A stretch of 40,118 nt of DNA, taken from the NCBI GenBank assembly GCA_032718475.1, contig JAUCBJ010007975.1, positions 1 through 40,118 on the forward strand. Reading direction: 5' to 3'. Shown in pieces: positions 23,801-34,338 of this stretch. Origin of the DNA: Nemertoderma westbladi (Eukaryota; Animalia; Xenacoelomorpha). The position numbers were made by a program, and so were the translations under genes. The notes under the pieces are model-generated. The model did not search any database, was not told where the DNA came from, and saw nothing but the letters and a program-made list of their open reading frames with translations. Positions within the stretch are counted from its first letter, which is position 1. Each line of letters opens with the position of its first letter.

Positions 23801-24564
23801 TAAAGGACTGGAACAAAAGACAGGTGGACGATCAGCTAAGGATAACAGCGTCTAGCTGGACCTTCAACGCCGCCGACGCCCCTTGGTGGGGAGGAAGTTG
23901 GGAGAGATTGATTAGGAGCGTGAAGACTGCGTTCCACTTTATTGTGCCTTGTCGCGCTTATCTCACCGACGAACTATTGCGGACGTTAATGGAGGAAATC
24001 GCCGCCTATCTCAACGAAAGACCGCTTATGCCAGTCTCTTCAAATCCTGATTCCCTGGAAGCGCTAACACCCGCGCACTTTCTACTGAAGAAGCCCGTAG
24101 CCATGCTCCCACGATCGGAGATCACAGACGGAGACGAGTACTGCCGTCGAACCTGGCAACTTATGCAGTTGCTATCCCGTCGTTTCGCTGACCATTTCGA
24201 GAAACATTACCTGCCCACTCTACAACTTCGAACTAAGTGGTTTGCGCAGCAAGAAAACGTCAGCGCTGGAGACATGGTGCTTATTGTGGACCCCGATCTC
24301 CCACGTAAGCGATGGCAAACAGGACGTATCATCGAGACTCATATCTCGAGCGATGGTTTGGTGCGATCAGTAGAGCTCGTCGTCATGCGGCGGAACTTTA
24401 AGAAACCAGGGATAGTCTTTGAGACTCAACAGCTCAATCGCCCAGTGGGACGTTTATGTTTACTGGAAAGAGACAGAGAGCTCTCCGGAAACTATGGAAG
24501 GCAAGAAACTCTTCCCACGACCACTTCCCTAATCCAACCGACATCTAGGGACTCCCCAACTTAA
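20818..24564 (+). CDS. pol: BEL/Pao Pol: RT, RNase H and integrase, same frame as gag, with an internal TAA at 21385-21387
   Basis: RYEVGLPF, RVVFDGS, GPNLL*SLLGILLR, DIEGMFLQV, YMDD (21679-21690), LHVFGDAS, PRAEL, NPADIASRG, HX4H..CX2C, GVDLFGP, RSDKGTNF, GGSWERLI, YLPTLQLRTKW. Confidence 0.95.
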
Positions 24565-25082
24565 TATCGTTCGGAGTGGGCGTGTGACTCTATTATTTTA
24601 TATTATTTTATTATTTTTATATTTATGTATGTATTACTATGTAATTTTATTATAATCGTTTTATTTAATTTAGTAGAATATTATTTAGCGATTATTTTGT
24701 AGAATAGTGCAATATATTCGTGTTTATTACGTACGTAATTACTTATATTATATTTAGTGAGACGGCGAAGAAATAATTATTTTTTCTCTTTCCTTACTGT
24801 CCGTATTATATTATAAATACGTAACTACAGTAAGATGAAATGTCCGTACTTATTAAAGTACAATAAAGCCACTACTATATTTAAGTATTATTGGTAGGCA
24901 GAGTATTAGGAATGCAAAGTTCAGATCCTCGTGTCTCGGCTAAACCAAGCTCTGGGTAGACCTTGGAAACGACTTGCCTCTTCACACTGACATTGCTTCG
25001 TGCGATATTGCTCTCATACCGTATATTAAATAATACATATAGTAGCGTGATGTCCCTTTAACAGTAGCGTATAACGCAAAAT

Positions 25083-25430
25083 AAATCTGTTAAACCCTTT
25101 GACCATCTGTAATTCTAGTCGATTAAGATATCGCGGCACCCACCGATATACTTGAAAGACAAATTCTAGAATCAGTGGTTAACGTCCCCAGACAAGTTCT
25201 GGAATAAATCGGTGCCCATCTCAAATATTAATTATTTAATATTTGCAAATCTAATAAATCAAAATCTGTAAAATTCAGATCCTTCAACAATTCTAGTCAA
25301 TTAAGATATCGTAGCATTTACCGATATTCTTAAAAAAGACAATTGTCATAGAATTAAGGATCTTGTGTCCCTAGACATGTTCTAGAATCAAAATATGTCC
25401 ATTTAATTATCAAATAATAAAATTTCAGGG
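25083..25430 (+). promoter_or_regulatory. Two diverged ~180-bp tandem copies of a structured RNA element
   Basis: Shared helices ATTCTA/TAGAAT, GTC/GAC, TTAAG/CTTRA, ATATCG/CGATAT; covarying basal stem and small hairpin. Confidence 0.7.
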
Positions 25431-25956
25431 AATAAATTTAAATTCATGCCTTTTAATGAATTTAATAAATTGCCATTTTTACGCAATTTATAACATTCCC
25501 AAAATTCCATTAATTAATAGATCAAGGGAGCGGAGATTTATCTTATTATGCATATGAGTGTGCGAAAGTCTCCCAAACATAGTCAATAGCCGATAAAATT
25601 CATAAAGTCATGTATAAAACAGAACATTGACTATTAAAGAATACTATTAAATAACATCCCAGATCTGTATGCATTGGAATTACCCTAATTCTACCGCTAG
25701 CTTTGCATAATGTCACCATAGCAACAACCACGCTAGAATTAGAATTGAGTTAAAAGAACAATAGAAAGCTTGTCCCATTGAATAGCATAGGGAATAAATA
25801 GCGCACTACTAGTATCCAAGGATACATAATAATACAGTGACATTCTGGAAGGCATTGACTAACGGACAAATGGCCCGAATGTGCGTAGTTGTGACCAGTT
25901 GTGTGGTATTTGTGAGTTTATAGGTGAATGTTACTGCTAAAGTGTGTTTACAGTAG

Positions 25957-26187
25957 CTAGTCGCAATCGTAAAAGTAACCTAACTCTCCAAGGAAAACCT
26001 GAAGTACATCTAAGCCTTTGGGACGGACAGTTGAGTGACTTGTGCCGGTTATCGTTGTCGTTGTACGGCTACGTCGTTGGCGAAAGTATAGCGACAGCGG
26101 TACATCGGCGCTGAGAATCTCATACTGTCCGGGGGCAAGGGAGAAATAGGCAGCGACGCCCGCTCGCCTAACAATATATAAACTCAT
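25957..26187 (-). CDS. Small antisense ORF (76 aa), hypothetical
   Basis: ATG-initiated, in a GC-richer island, head-to-head with the 26217 ORF; no motif. Confidence 0.25.
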   Translation of the reverse strand: MSLYIVRRAGVAAYFSLAPGQYEILSADVPLSLYFRQRRSRTTTTITGTSHSTVRPKGLDVLQVFLGELGYFYDCD

Positions 26188-26216
26188 TATAATATTGGTG
26201 AACTCGTATAGCAGAT

Positions 26217-26555
26217 ATGACTGAATTAATAGAAGATGATCTTGGTATCAGGGAGAGATATACTCTACCTTTACAAGCGTTTGTCGATAGCTTGATACGC
26301 GGCGACGCTGATCCAACTACTACGGAGGACGATGGTCGTTATATCGAACCGCCAATGTCCCAGGAGCAACTTACGCGTGAATTGGACTATAGAAAATTCA
26401 CTGCTCGCTATACGCATCGTAATGGTACGTATATGGACTTCTTGACTACTGGTCATCCTATTGATTTACACGACACCGACGATGTCGACACCAAAGGGAA
26501 ATGGTTTTATTTAAATATCATACCCAGCGGAGTCGAAACGATAAATCGAGAATAG
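26217..26555 (+). CDS. Hypothetical accessory ORF (112 aa; frame stays open for 22 more codons to 26624 after the TAG)
   Basis: ATG preceded by CAG at 26212-26214; acidic, globular-looking composition; no known motif. Confidence 0.4.
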   Translation: MTELIEDDLGIRERYTLPLQAFVDSLIRGDADPTTTEDDGRYIEPPMSQEQLTRELDYRKFTARYTHRNGTYMDFLTTGHPIDLHDTDDVDTKGKWFYLNIIPSGVETINRE

Positions 26556-27432
26556 AACACGAGAATTCTATTCGAAATCAACTCGAAGGATAGAATGTGG
26601 AAGAAGGTTGATACAGGCAAATAAAGGAGAACCACTGGGTGGAGAAGAGACATGGGTTAATGTCCAGGGTCCATAATGTGAATAGTTTTCCCCGGGGCAC
26701 GGGTGCTCGCGGGCGGTCTCCTTCTGGAGACTGTAAATTTCTCTTCCTTCATCGTTTTCCTGTAATTATTGTGATCAGTGTCACAATTAAAGGACAAGAA
26801 TGAATGATGACGTAACGGAAAGCTCGTCCATTGTGGTATCTTATGGATACTACCATATATCCTTCCTCCTCTTTACTCCCTTTGTCCCTCCATACATCGC
26901 TATTGAATATACAACATACTTCCCCCACCTTCTCTTCCCAACGCGCTCGGAGCTTCGGGAAACGAATACTAAACCTCCCATCCCTTACTGTTCATCTGGA
27001 TGCTAATATTGGTGTCCGCACCTCCTGTCCATGTCATATTCTGTTGATATTTATGATATCAACTTCCACCCTCTCGTTCTTGATTAGATAATCAACCACT
27101 TCCTAATTTCCTCAAGTCCACAACCGTGAAACAAGGACTGAAAGGACACGCGGATAGTTTGTGAACAACTGGTACCATTATGTGTCATAAATCTGGTTGT
27201 TCACCTCCCTTAATGATTGGGGATATAAATCTTATGTAGAACAACTGAGGCAAACATATCTTTGAACTGGTGTTTACCTCATCACACTGGGGGATAAATT
27301 CGGTTGGGGATAGTACTCGAATGTTACAATCCTCCTACTGAGATCTTATTTCTGAATATTTCAGAATGCGAAATAGTTTTTCCTCTGCTCTACCATCGCT
27401 GTCGGAGAACATATTAGGCATACAATGGGAAC

Positions 27433-29208
27433 ATGGAGAACATTCCATACCCTTTCGTTGATACTCAGCTGATTGCTCCTTGGGCCGAAGGCCGAGGTTT
27501 CTTTCGCACTATGTATGCCAATACACCCAGCGACATTACTAAAGTACAACGGACGTCCATCGGACATCTTGCCTTTCAAGAATATGGATGGAACTTCAAA
27601 GTTGGAAATCCTATCAATTACCAGCAGGTATATGGAGATCATTACTCCCGTTTATATTTTGACGGACCATTAACTGCGCCTGGTGCAGTATATAGCTTTA
27701 TGAGTGTTCCACTTCGCCCTTCCTTAGCTATATACACGATCTTTGAAAACGCAGCACTTGCCGGTTGGCTAGCCGATGTGTGCAGTCGTACCATACGCGC
27801 TCACCCGTTAATACTTGGAACTAAACTCGCCAAGTTAGACGAACATAATAAGTTCATACGTTTCGAATGTTTCCGGCGCTTTCTGACTCCGTTCCGTAAC
27901 GTCGATAGTCAGTTCAAGGACCGAGCGCTGACCAAACTCAGTCTGAGAGACTCGGCTGCGGAGAAACTGAGTAGCGCTGGATTTGCCGTGTTTCAAGACG
28001 TTTGTATACAGAACTCACATTCATCTGTTATACAAAGACCCCGAATACCTACAGGTTATTCTGTCGTGGAAATACAGACAGTGGATCCACTTACTGAGAC
28101 AGACGCACCCACTTCGTCTATACAACTGGAGGATGAACCAGTGTGCTTGGAATCAGAAGCGATTCAGCCTACAACTTCCCGGAGCAGTGACAATGATTAT
28201 GTCATAGAGTGGTATCAAGGTCCACAGCGTCTCACAGCGTACGATTATCGACACGCCAACTACGTTTCTCGAAAACGTTGTCGATTATGCGCATCGAGAG
28301 ACCACTTCACTCCTCTAGACTCGAGCGTACCTTGTTCCTATTTCCTCGAACAACCGATGATGGAAATATATTGTGCTTATTGCCGGCTTAATAACTCTCA
28401 TATATTTGCCGTCTGCCCACAATTTATGACTCAATGTCACTACTGTCAATTTAAAGGACATGAAAGTTACAATTGTCCCTTTAATCGCGATTTAGAGAGC
28501 GTAGACGAGATGATCACCCTGCGATACATTCGAGCTTGGGAAGCGAACGCCGATTTACATTGCGAATCCCGACATCGCTATTACCCTGGACGAGCTTACG
28601 AGGGAGTTTACGCGTTCCATCCTTATCTATTCGCGTCGATCGAACAGAAAACACGCGTACCAAGTTACGAGTTAATGAAGCGTGTTGGTGAGTGTATTTC
28701 CACCAAGTTTGTCAGGAAATACCTTAGAAACGTTAACCCTAATGATATAACCACATATCACCTGATCAATTTTATCCGTCAGGACCCTGAGTATGGCGAC
28801 ATCTTTGTGAACTCGCATCCTGAACTACAGGAAATATCTCGGCGACCATATGAATATCGAACCCGAGAACGCGAGCTGGAGAGAACCATTAAACCGAGAA
28901 AGTTCCTCACTACTCACGGTCCACCCACCGCTAGTGTCCAGACGACCCGTCAAGGACCCGTAGGAGCTGCTGTCCTGAGACGCGCTCTAAAGGCCGTTAG
29001 ACCTCACTCCACTGAGGTTGATATTAATCAACCAGGTACTTCGACCGGCGGGTATACCGATCGTAACCCTGCACCTTCTGATGCAATTATATTGCACCCT
29101 TCGCCTAGGAGCTACAGCCCTCCTCGTAAAGTGGCTCGCCCCAAAGAGAAAATGACTCTTGCTAGCTTTAAAAAACTGCGTAAACGCCGTCCGCGCAAGA
29201 AAGACTAA
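27433..29208 (+). CDS. Accessory protein (591 aa) with three CCHC-type zinc knuckles and a C-terminal basic NLS-like tail; not Env
   Basis: CRLCX4HX9C, CAYCX5HX4C and CHYCX4HX4C (28279-28476); ends KKLRKRRPRKKD; no signal peptide or TM segment visible; stops 78 bp before the 3' LTR. Confidence 0.85.
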   Translation: MENIPYPFVDTQLIAPWAEGRGFFRTMYANTPSDITKVQRTSIGHLAFQEYGWNFKVGNPINYQQVYGDHYSRLYFDGPLTAPGAVYSFMSVPLRPSLAIYTIFENAALAGWLADVCSRTIRAHPLILGTKLAKLDEHNKFIRFECFRRFLTPFRNVDSQFKDRALTKLSLRDSAAEKLSSAGFAVFQDVCIQNSHSSVIQRPRIPTGYSVVEIQTVDPLTETDAPTSSIQLEDEPVCLESEAIQPTTSRSSDNDYVIEWYQGPQRLTAYDYRHANYVSRKRCRLCASRDHFTPLDSSVPCSYFLEQPMMEIYCAYCRLNNSHIFAVCPQFMTQCHYCQFKGHESYNCPFNRDLESVDEMITLRYIRAWEANADLHCESRHRYYPGRAYEGVYAFHPYLFASIEQKTRVPSYELMKRVGECISTKFVRKYLRNVNPNDITTYHLINFIRQDPEYGDIFVNSHPELQEISRRPYEYRTRERELERTIKPRKFLTTHGPPTASVQTTRQGPVGAAVLRRALKAVRPHSTEVDINQPGTSTGGYTDRNPAPSDAIILHPSPRSYSPPRKVARPKEKMTLASFKKLRKRRPRKKD

Positions 29209-29277
29209 CTGTTTAGAGTATTTATGTATATTAGAAATTGTGATTTTGTATATTTTATAGACTTAAATCCCATTTTC

Positions 29278-29286
29278 TGGGAGCGG
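29278..29286 (+). promoter_or_regulatory. Polypurine tract
   Basis: TGGGAGCGG immediately before the TGT of the 3' LTR. Confidence 0.7.
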
Positions 29287-30457
29287 TGTAAAAGCTTTTG
29301 TGGGATAACTAATTCGTTTGCCTTGCTAACCAGTTCCCCCCCAGTCGCTAGAATACTCTAAAAAGGGATCTCTAACTCGAATAGCACAAGCTACCGGCTG
29401 ATTGGCTGATTCGCTGTGCGAAGGGATCTGGGCTACGTTTGATTGTCCAACTAGCTTGGGAAAGTATCTCCCAATAGAATTTGAGTTGATTTTGATTTCG
29501 ACCTATCACAGATCTACTGAACTGAATTTTCCTATCTTTATGCTCTTTCTCTGTGTTGGGTGGAAGCCTTTGTAAATAAGGTTATTCTTATCAGTTTTCA
29601 GTGTTGTTGGTCTTTCTTTCCTAAGCCAGGAGAGAACGGCTTGTAAATATTTTGTGCCTTTCTGTTTTAGTCCAACACTAGTAGGCTTAATTATAAAGGG
29701 CATATATCCGTTATCAAACCAAACCATTGCAATCAACACAAACTAATGAACTTAACGCACACTGAATCACTGTGCATACTTTTATATTGTTATACTGCTA
29801 TTTACTGTCAGTTCTTCATAATATGGTTGATGAATTATTATATTTGGAATAACGATAAATAACCCCGAAACCCAATATTCTTGATATACCGAAGGTAAGA
29901 GAGAAAGGTTACATATAACGATTGTGACTTATGTTAAAGTGGTTTGAAGTGAATCTAATGTTATTTGATAGACCCTACATGAGTCAGTCCGTGTTCCTTT
30001 TATATATAACTAAAATCAGTGAAGATCGGCAGATCAGTGTGCAGTATTGTGCAGCATTGTGTATGAGTGAACCTGATAACGAAGCATTTCCTAAAGAATG
30101 CGCCATATATGTGAATTATAACTAAGCCATATCGTTGTGAGTAGTTTAAGTCATAACTCTGTGTATATAGATAGAGCGCCACGTCCTAAAGGAACTGTTA
30201 ATATTCCCCGAAGGTGAATAATATTGTCAGAGATTATATAATACTGTCAGTCGAATAATACATTAAGCTTACATAGCAATAAGATTAAGCCGTCGAACCC
30301 AATCTCCCGGGTATATCCAGCGGGTGAATGATCGCGCACAGATTGGTTTCGACTAGTGTAGTGAATTAAATACTTGTCATAGACTAAAAGTGATTTATTA
30401 TCTAGAAGACATCATAATTTGGCGGGTTAAACTGCCAAAGGTCTGAAAGCGCGAACA
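29287..30457 (+). repeat. 3' LTR (1171 bp)
   Basis: Direct repeat of 12933-14117. Confidence 0.97.
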
Positions 30458-31748
30458 CAATGCTCGTAGGTTGGTAGGTTACTACAACCAAATTTCAGAT
30501 GAATCTGATGGTTGGTTCTATAATTACAGCTATTTTTAAGTTTCTGTCAATTCACCTCCTAGCAGTAGACAGCGGAATATAGAAGTCTGTGTGAAGAATT
30601 TCTAAACTTTTGATGTGAAACATGTGTACCAAGTGTGGTTCCATTTCATCCATGAATGACCGACTTATTAGCATGTAAACATACTAGCCACAAACCCAAC
30701 CAGCCAGCCAGCCACAATCAAACTAATAATAGCTGTAGGAACTCGAGCAGAGCTCCAGTGATTATTAGCTTCGCTTATTCTTAAGAAAGTTTTTCCCTTT
30801 TGTCCAGAATTCGCCGATATGTCCAATTATTTTTATGTTATCTCATCAATTATTTTTTTAGGATAGATACTTTTGCAGTAGATAATACAGCGGCTTCTAG
30901 CTTCGAGTATCTCCCACAACAGCCCAATTCACCATTAATCAGACTAGCAAACAAACAGGATAAATTACCATGCATGCTAACATTCAAAAATGTGTATCTA
31001 TTATCCTGTGTCGTCCCTGTGAAGTAATAATTGTAGGCTCATTAATTGCAGTGTCGTTGTATTAATTTGCATTTAATTCGCCAAGGGCTAAGGCAGACAA
31101 TCCAGTAGGCCTACATTGGTTGTATTAGAAAAATAATACATTGACTGCATCCTTTTCCAATGACAATAAATAAGTTCCCACATAAATTACTAACTTTGCC
31201 AATTTACTTGAGTACAATTAATTCACTTACCAAGCCAAGTTCAGCCATCCTGTAGAAATCAGTGGAATTCAAATGTCTCATGTCTACACCAAAAACCTTT
31301 TTCTTTGATGCTAATTTGGTTAAATGCTATTTTCTCATTATCCTGATTGAATATAATAATCCAAACTAAACTCCCTGATCTACAATGTATCATTAGGTAA
31401 CTGGGAACAATTCGAAATTACTCCTTTGATCTACAATGACTGCAGAGGGCACTTTTTCACAAAGGGCAATAATTAGTAACTGCTGTTATTGGAGAATGAA
31501 TACATACATTTACTTAATTAATTGCTTGTTAAATTACCGGTAGATATTAACGTTAGAAGATGATTAGGAGTGTGATAGCCAGAAAGTTGAGAGGGGAAAC
31601 TCACTATGTTAAATCAAAGTTTGTCATAATTCTATGGGAAAATCCCCCTAAGTCAGAAACAGAGTTTATAAATATTCTTCATTTTCCATCATTTCCCACT
31701 TTATCTTCTCAACAAAATCCTTTTTAAAAAAATGTTATTATTTAAGTT

Positions 31749-32003
31749 AACCCTAAATATTCTTATATTATCAATGGTCAAAAACTCAATTCCGCTGATT
31801 GTGAGAGAGATCTTGGTGTTCTCGTTGATAGAATACTGAAGCCTCATTTCGAAGTCTCAGAGCCTGCCAAAAACGCGAACCAACGTTTGGGTCATCTGCT
31901 GCGTGCTTTCACTTATAGATATAGGTCAGTCCATGTTCAGCTATATAAGCAGACGGTTCGTTGCCATCTTGAGTATGCAGTTCAAGCTTGAAAACCATGG
32001 AAC
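31749..32003 (+). pseudogene. CR1-type LINE ORF2 post-RT fragment
   Basis: NPKYSYIINGQKL..CERDLGVLVD..AKNANQRLG.L.RAFTYR..QLYKQTVRCHLEYAVQA*KPW. Confidence 0.85.
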
Positions 32004-32039
32004 AATTTCGACAGTGCATGACATGTCCAAACATGTAAC

Positions 32040-32705
32040 ATACCCAGTTTGAACGGTCATTATACTGATTAGCTACGTCAAATTGTTCTCACTGTGACGG
32101 GATCTGTGTTTTGGCCCGATCCGGACCGTTTGACTTTGTGAGGTGGTTCTGTCAAGCGCTACATGGTATAATATTTGCGTTCGTGTAGGTCCAGGATGCT
32201 TTGATTGTCAGGTCATGGATAAATTTATCGTTATTAAATTTCTTATAGTCAAAAATTGTTTTTTTAGTTTTCTTCGGGTTCTGTAAATAGTTTTCGTAAT
32301 TGTCTAATGTCAAAAAAGTTGGGAGGTGATCAGATGTACCTACTTCAATCAGAAATACCCCAGATCATTTAATACTACCTGAGATATTGGTGAATATATG
32401 ATCTATCAGTGTTTTTGAATGTGGTGTGATACGAGTTGCCTAATCTATGACTTGTTCAAGATCAAATGATTGAAATGTTTGGATATATTGTGAAGATGAA
32501 TTAGTAGATTTTAGGAAGTCTATATTAAAGTCACCTGTAATTATTATATCTTTTTTTACTCAAATTTGGTTTAGTATATTCTCAATTGAGGGTAATAGTT
32601 GTTTAGTCGGATAGGAATTGTGGACGATAAATTGTTCCAATTCTAAGATTTTTCATAAGTTGAGGAAGTTTGATTTCAATCCAAGAGGATTCAAGTCCTT
32701 TTATA
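32040..32705 (-). pseudogene. Degenerate APE endonuclease of a CR1/L2-type LINE
   Basis: ESSWIEI..IGTIYRP, IITGDFNIDF, TRIT..SKTLIDHIF, SDHLP; contains stops and frameshifts. Confidence 0.85.
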
Positions 32706-32717
32706 AGAATATGAATA

Positions 32718-32973
32718 AATGAAATATCTTACTACAGGTATCGGTATATGGTTCACTTGTAAGTCGTACATACTCGACAAAATAATTAGTTTGATATGTA
32801 AGTTCTTAGGTCAAAATCTCGTACATATATAAAAAAGAAAATTAATGAAATTTCTTACTACCAGTAGCGGTATATGGTTTTGTAAGTCGTACATACTCGA
32901 CAAAATAATTAGTTTGATATGTAAGTTCTTAGGTCAACAAAATCCGTACGTATACAAAACATAAATGAAATAT
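32718..32973. repeat. ~125-bp tandem duplication interrupting the LINE
   Basis: TTGTAAGTCGTACATACTCGACAAAATAATTAGTTTGATATGTAAGTTCTTAGGTCAA occurs twice. Confidence 0.85.
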
Positions 32974-32974
32974 A

Positions 32975-33912
32975 TCCCATTTCTTGTCCAGATATATTTT
33001 AAGTAGAACTTCCCCTTAAATCCTAAGGCCTCATTGAATAGTTGTCTATTTTGTTTAGACATATGTTCGCTGAAGTACATTGCAACGTACCTTACCTAGA
33101 CCAAGTTCTTGTTTCGATTTTATGAAATCTGTCGATTTAAGTTCCCCTCGGTTGGTCAGGAAGATATCTCGAAATTTAGGTTTTTAATATCAAGACTAAT
33201 ATCAATGACTATATCTTCAAGCTTGGTTGGCAAAATGGTATCTGGGATGCCACTTATAATTAAATTGATTTTCTTTTGATATTGTTCTAAATTATTTAGA
33301 TCTATAGCTTGTTCAACTAGAAACATGTCCTGCTCTGATACCTTTGAAGCAAGAGTTTTATTTTGAGATTTGTGTGTAGTGTTTTCTTCTTGTATCTCAG
33401 ATATCAGAGTAAACAATTCGTTGTAAGATTCTGAGATGTATGATTGGTTTCTTTCTATTTCTAGAAGTTTGCTATCGACACTGTCTATTTTATTAGAGAG
33501 GACTGTAATTGGTAGTGTTACCTTAATAATTTCTTGGCTAAAGTACAACTTTAAATGTGATAGCATATCTCCTGATTCCAAAAGCGAGACTGGTTCAGTG
33601 TTGGAAGAGGATAGGGATAGGACTGGGACCGGTGTTTGTCTGTCCACGAGAGAGGATGACATCATCACTGTCGCTTTTTGAATACGAAGGATAAGTGTGG
33701 ATTTATTGCCTGTTAAGTTCTTTGTTGGTCGAAGATGAGTAGACATCTGAAGATAGGTTCGACGAAGATTTCATACCAGTAACCTCAGTATTGTCATCAT
33801 CTGTTACACTGAAAACCTCATTGTCTGATTCGGATGTCGACGCAGAGTGAGGGTTCGTAGGGGAAGGATCCCAACATTCAGGACCCGGCGTCCGTTGACA
33901 GGACATACCCAA
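32975..33912 (-). pseudogene. Degenerate ORF1 of the same CR1/L2-type LINE
   Basis: Coiled coil followed by LNNLEQYQKKINLIISGIPD; downstream YFSEHMSKQNRQLF..KYIWTRNGIY; upstream of and co-oriented with the endonuclease. Confidence 0.75.
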
Positions 33913-34226
33913 CTGCAGAACTGGTTGATTGATACTGTGTGATAAGCTTAGGCAGCTAGATCTGTAGGTAGGTATTGGTTTTTTGGTAGGTGGTATCTCT
34001 GTCTACAATCTGTCTGGTGCTGATGCGGAAGCGCCGCGCCAGGCGTGATATGCTCAATGGGTAAGCTTCCTAAAGTGTTAATTTATCATTAAATGAGTTC
34101 AGAAATCGTGAGTCAGTCCAATGGACTGGTTACGGTTACGGGTAGCAGCCCAGCCTCAAAGGTACGATGCAGCTAAATGCAGTACAGCACTCTACAGCAG
34201 TAGGCTGCATTGCATAACTAAAGTAA

Positions 34227-34338
34227 GCTGCAATACTTTAGTGGTAATCCTATACAGTGTGTTATTTTGGACAATACATATATACATTATATTGTTTGGT
34301 GTATTTTGTTATTTTTTTTACGTAATGTATAAATAAAT
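34227..34338 (+). repeat. Retroposon 3' end with AATAAA and (TATC)n tail; second copy at ~38981-39102
   Basis: GCTGCAA..CTTTAG.GGTAATCCTATA..TTGTTTGGTGTATTT..AAATAAAT..(CTAT)n at both sites. Confidence 0.65.

Larger units (their letters stand above)
12933..30457 (+). mobile_element. Full-length BEL/Pao (Belpaoviridae) LTR retrotransposon, 17,525 bp, with a 3' accessory region
   Basis: Two direct LTRs with TGT...ACA ends; Gag-PR-RT-RNaseH-IN order in one frame; BEL-type triple knuckle and integrase C-terminus. Confidence 0.97.

Noticed and set aside
24895-24980. Hammerhead ribozyme
   Set aside because: A stem followed by GAAAC is present, but there is no CUGANGA core or suitably placed NUH site.
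20815-27417. Reassigned genetic code (TAA/TAG read as Gln) or targeted hypermutation
   Set aside because: Only a few such stops occur in thousands of codons, and TAA ends pol and the accessory ORF at sensible places; ordinary transitions explain them.
27433-29208. env gene or Nanos-like protein
   Set aside because: No signal peptide or TM anchor; CCHC spacings do not match Nanos (CX2CX12HX10C / CX2CX7HX4C).
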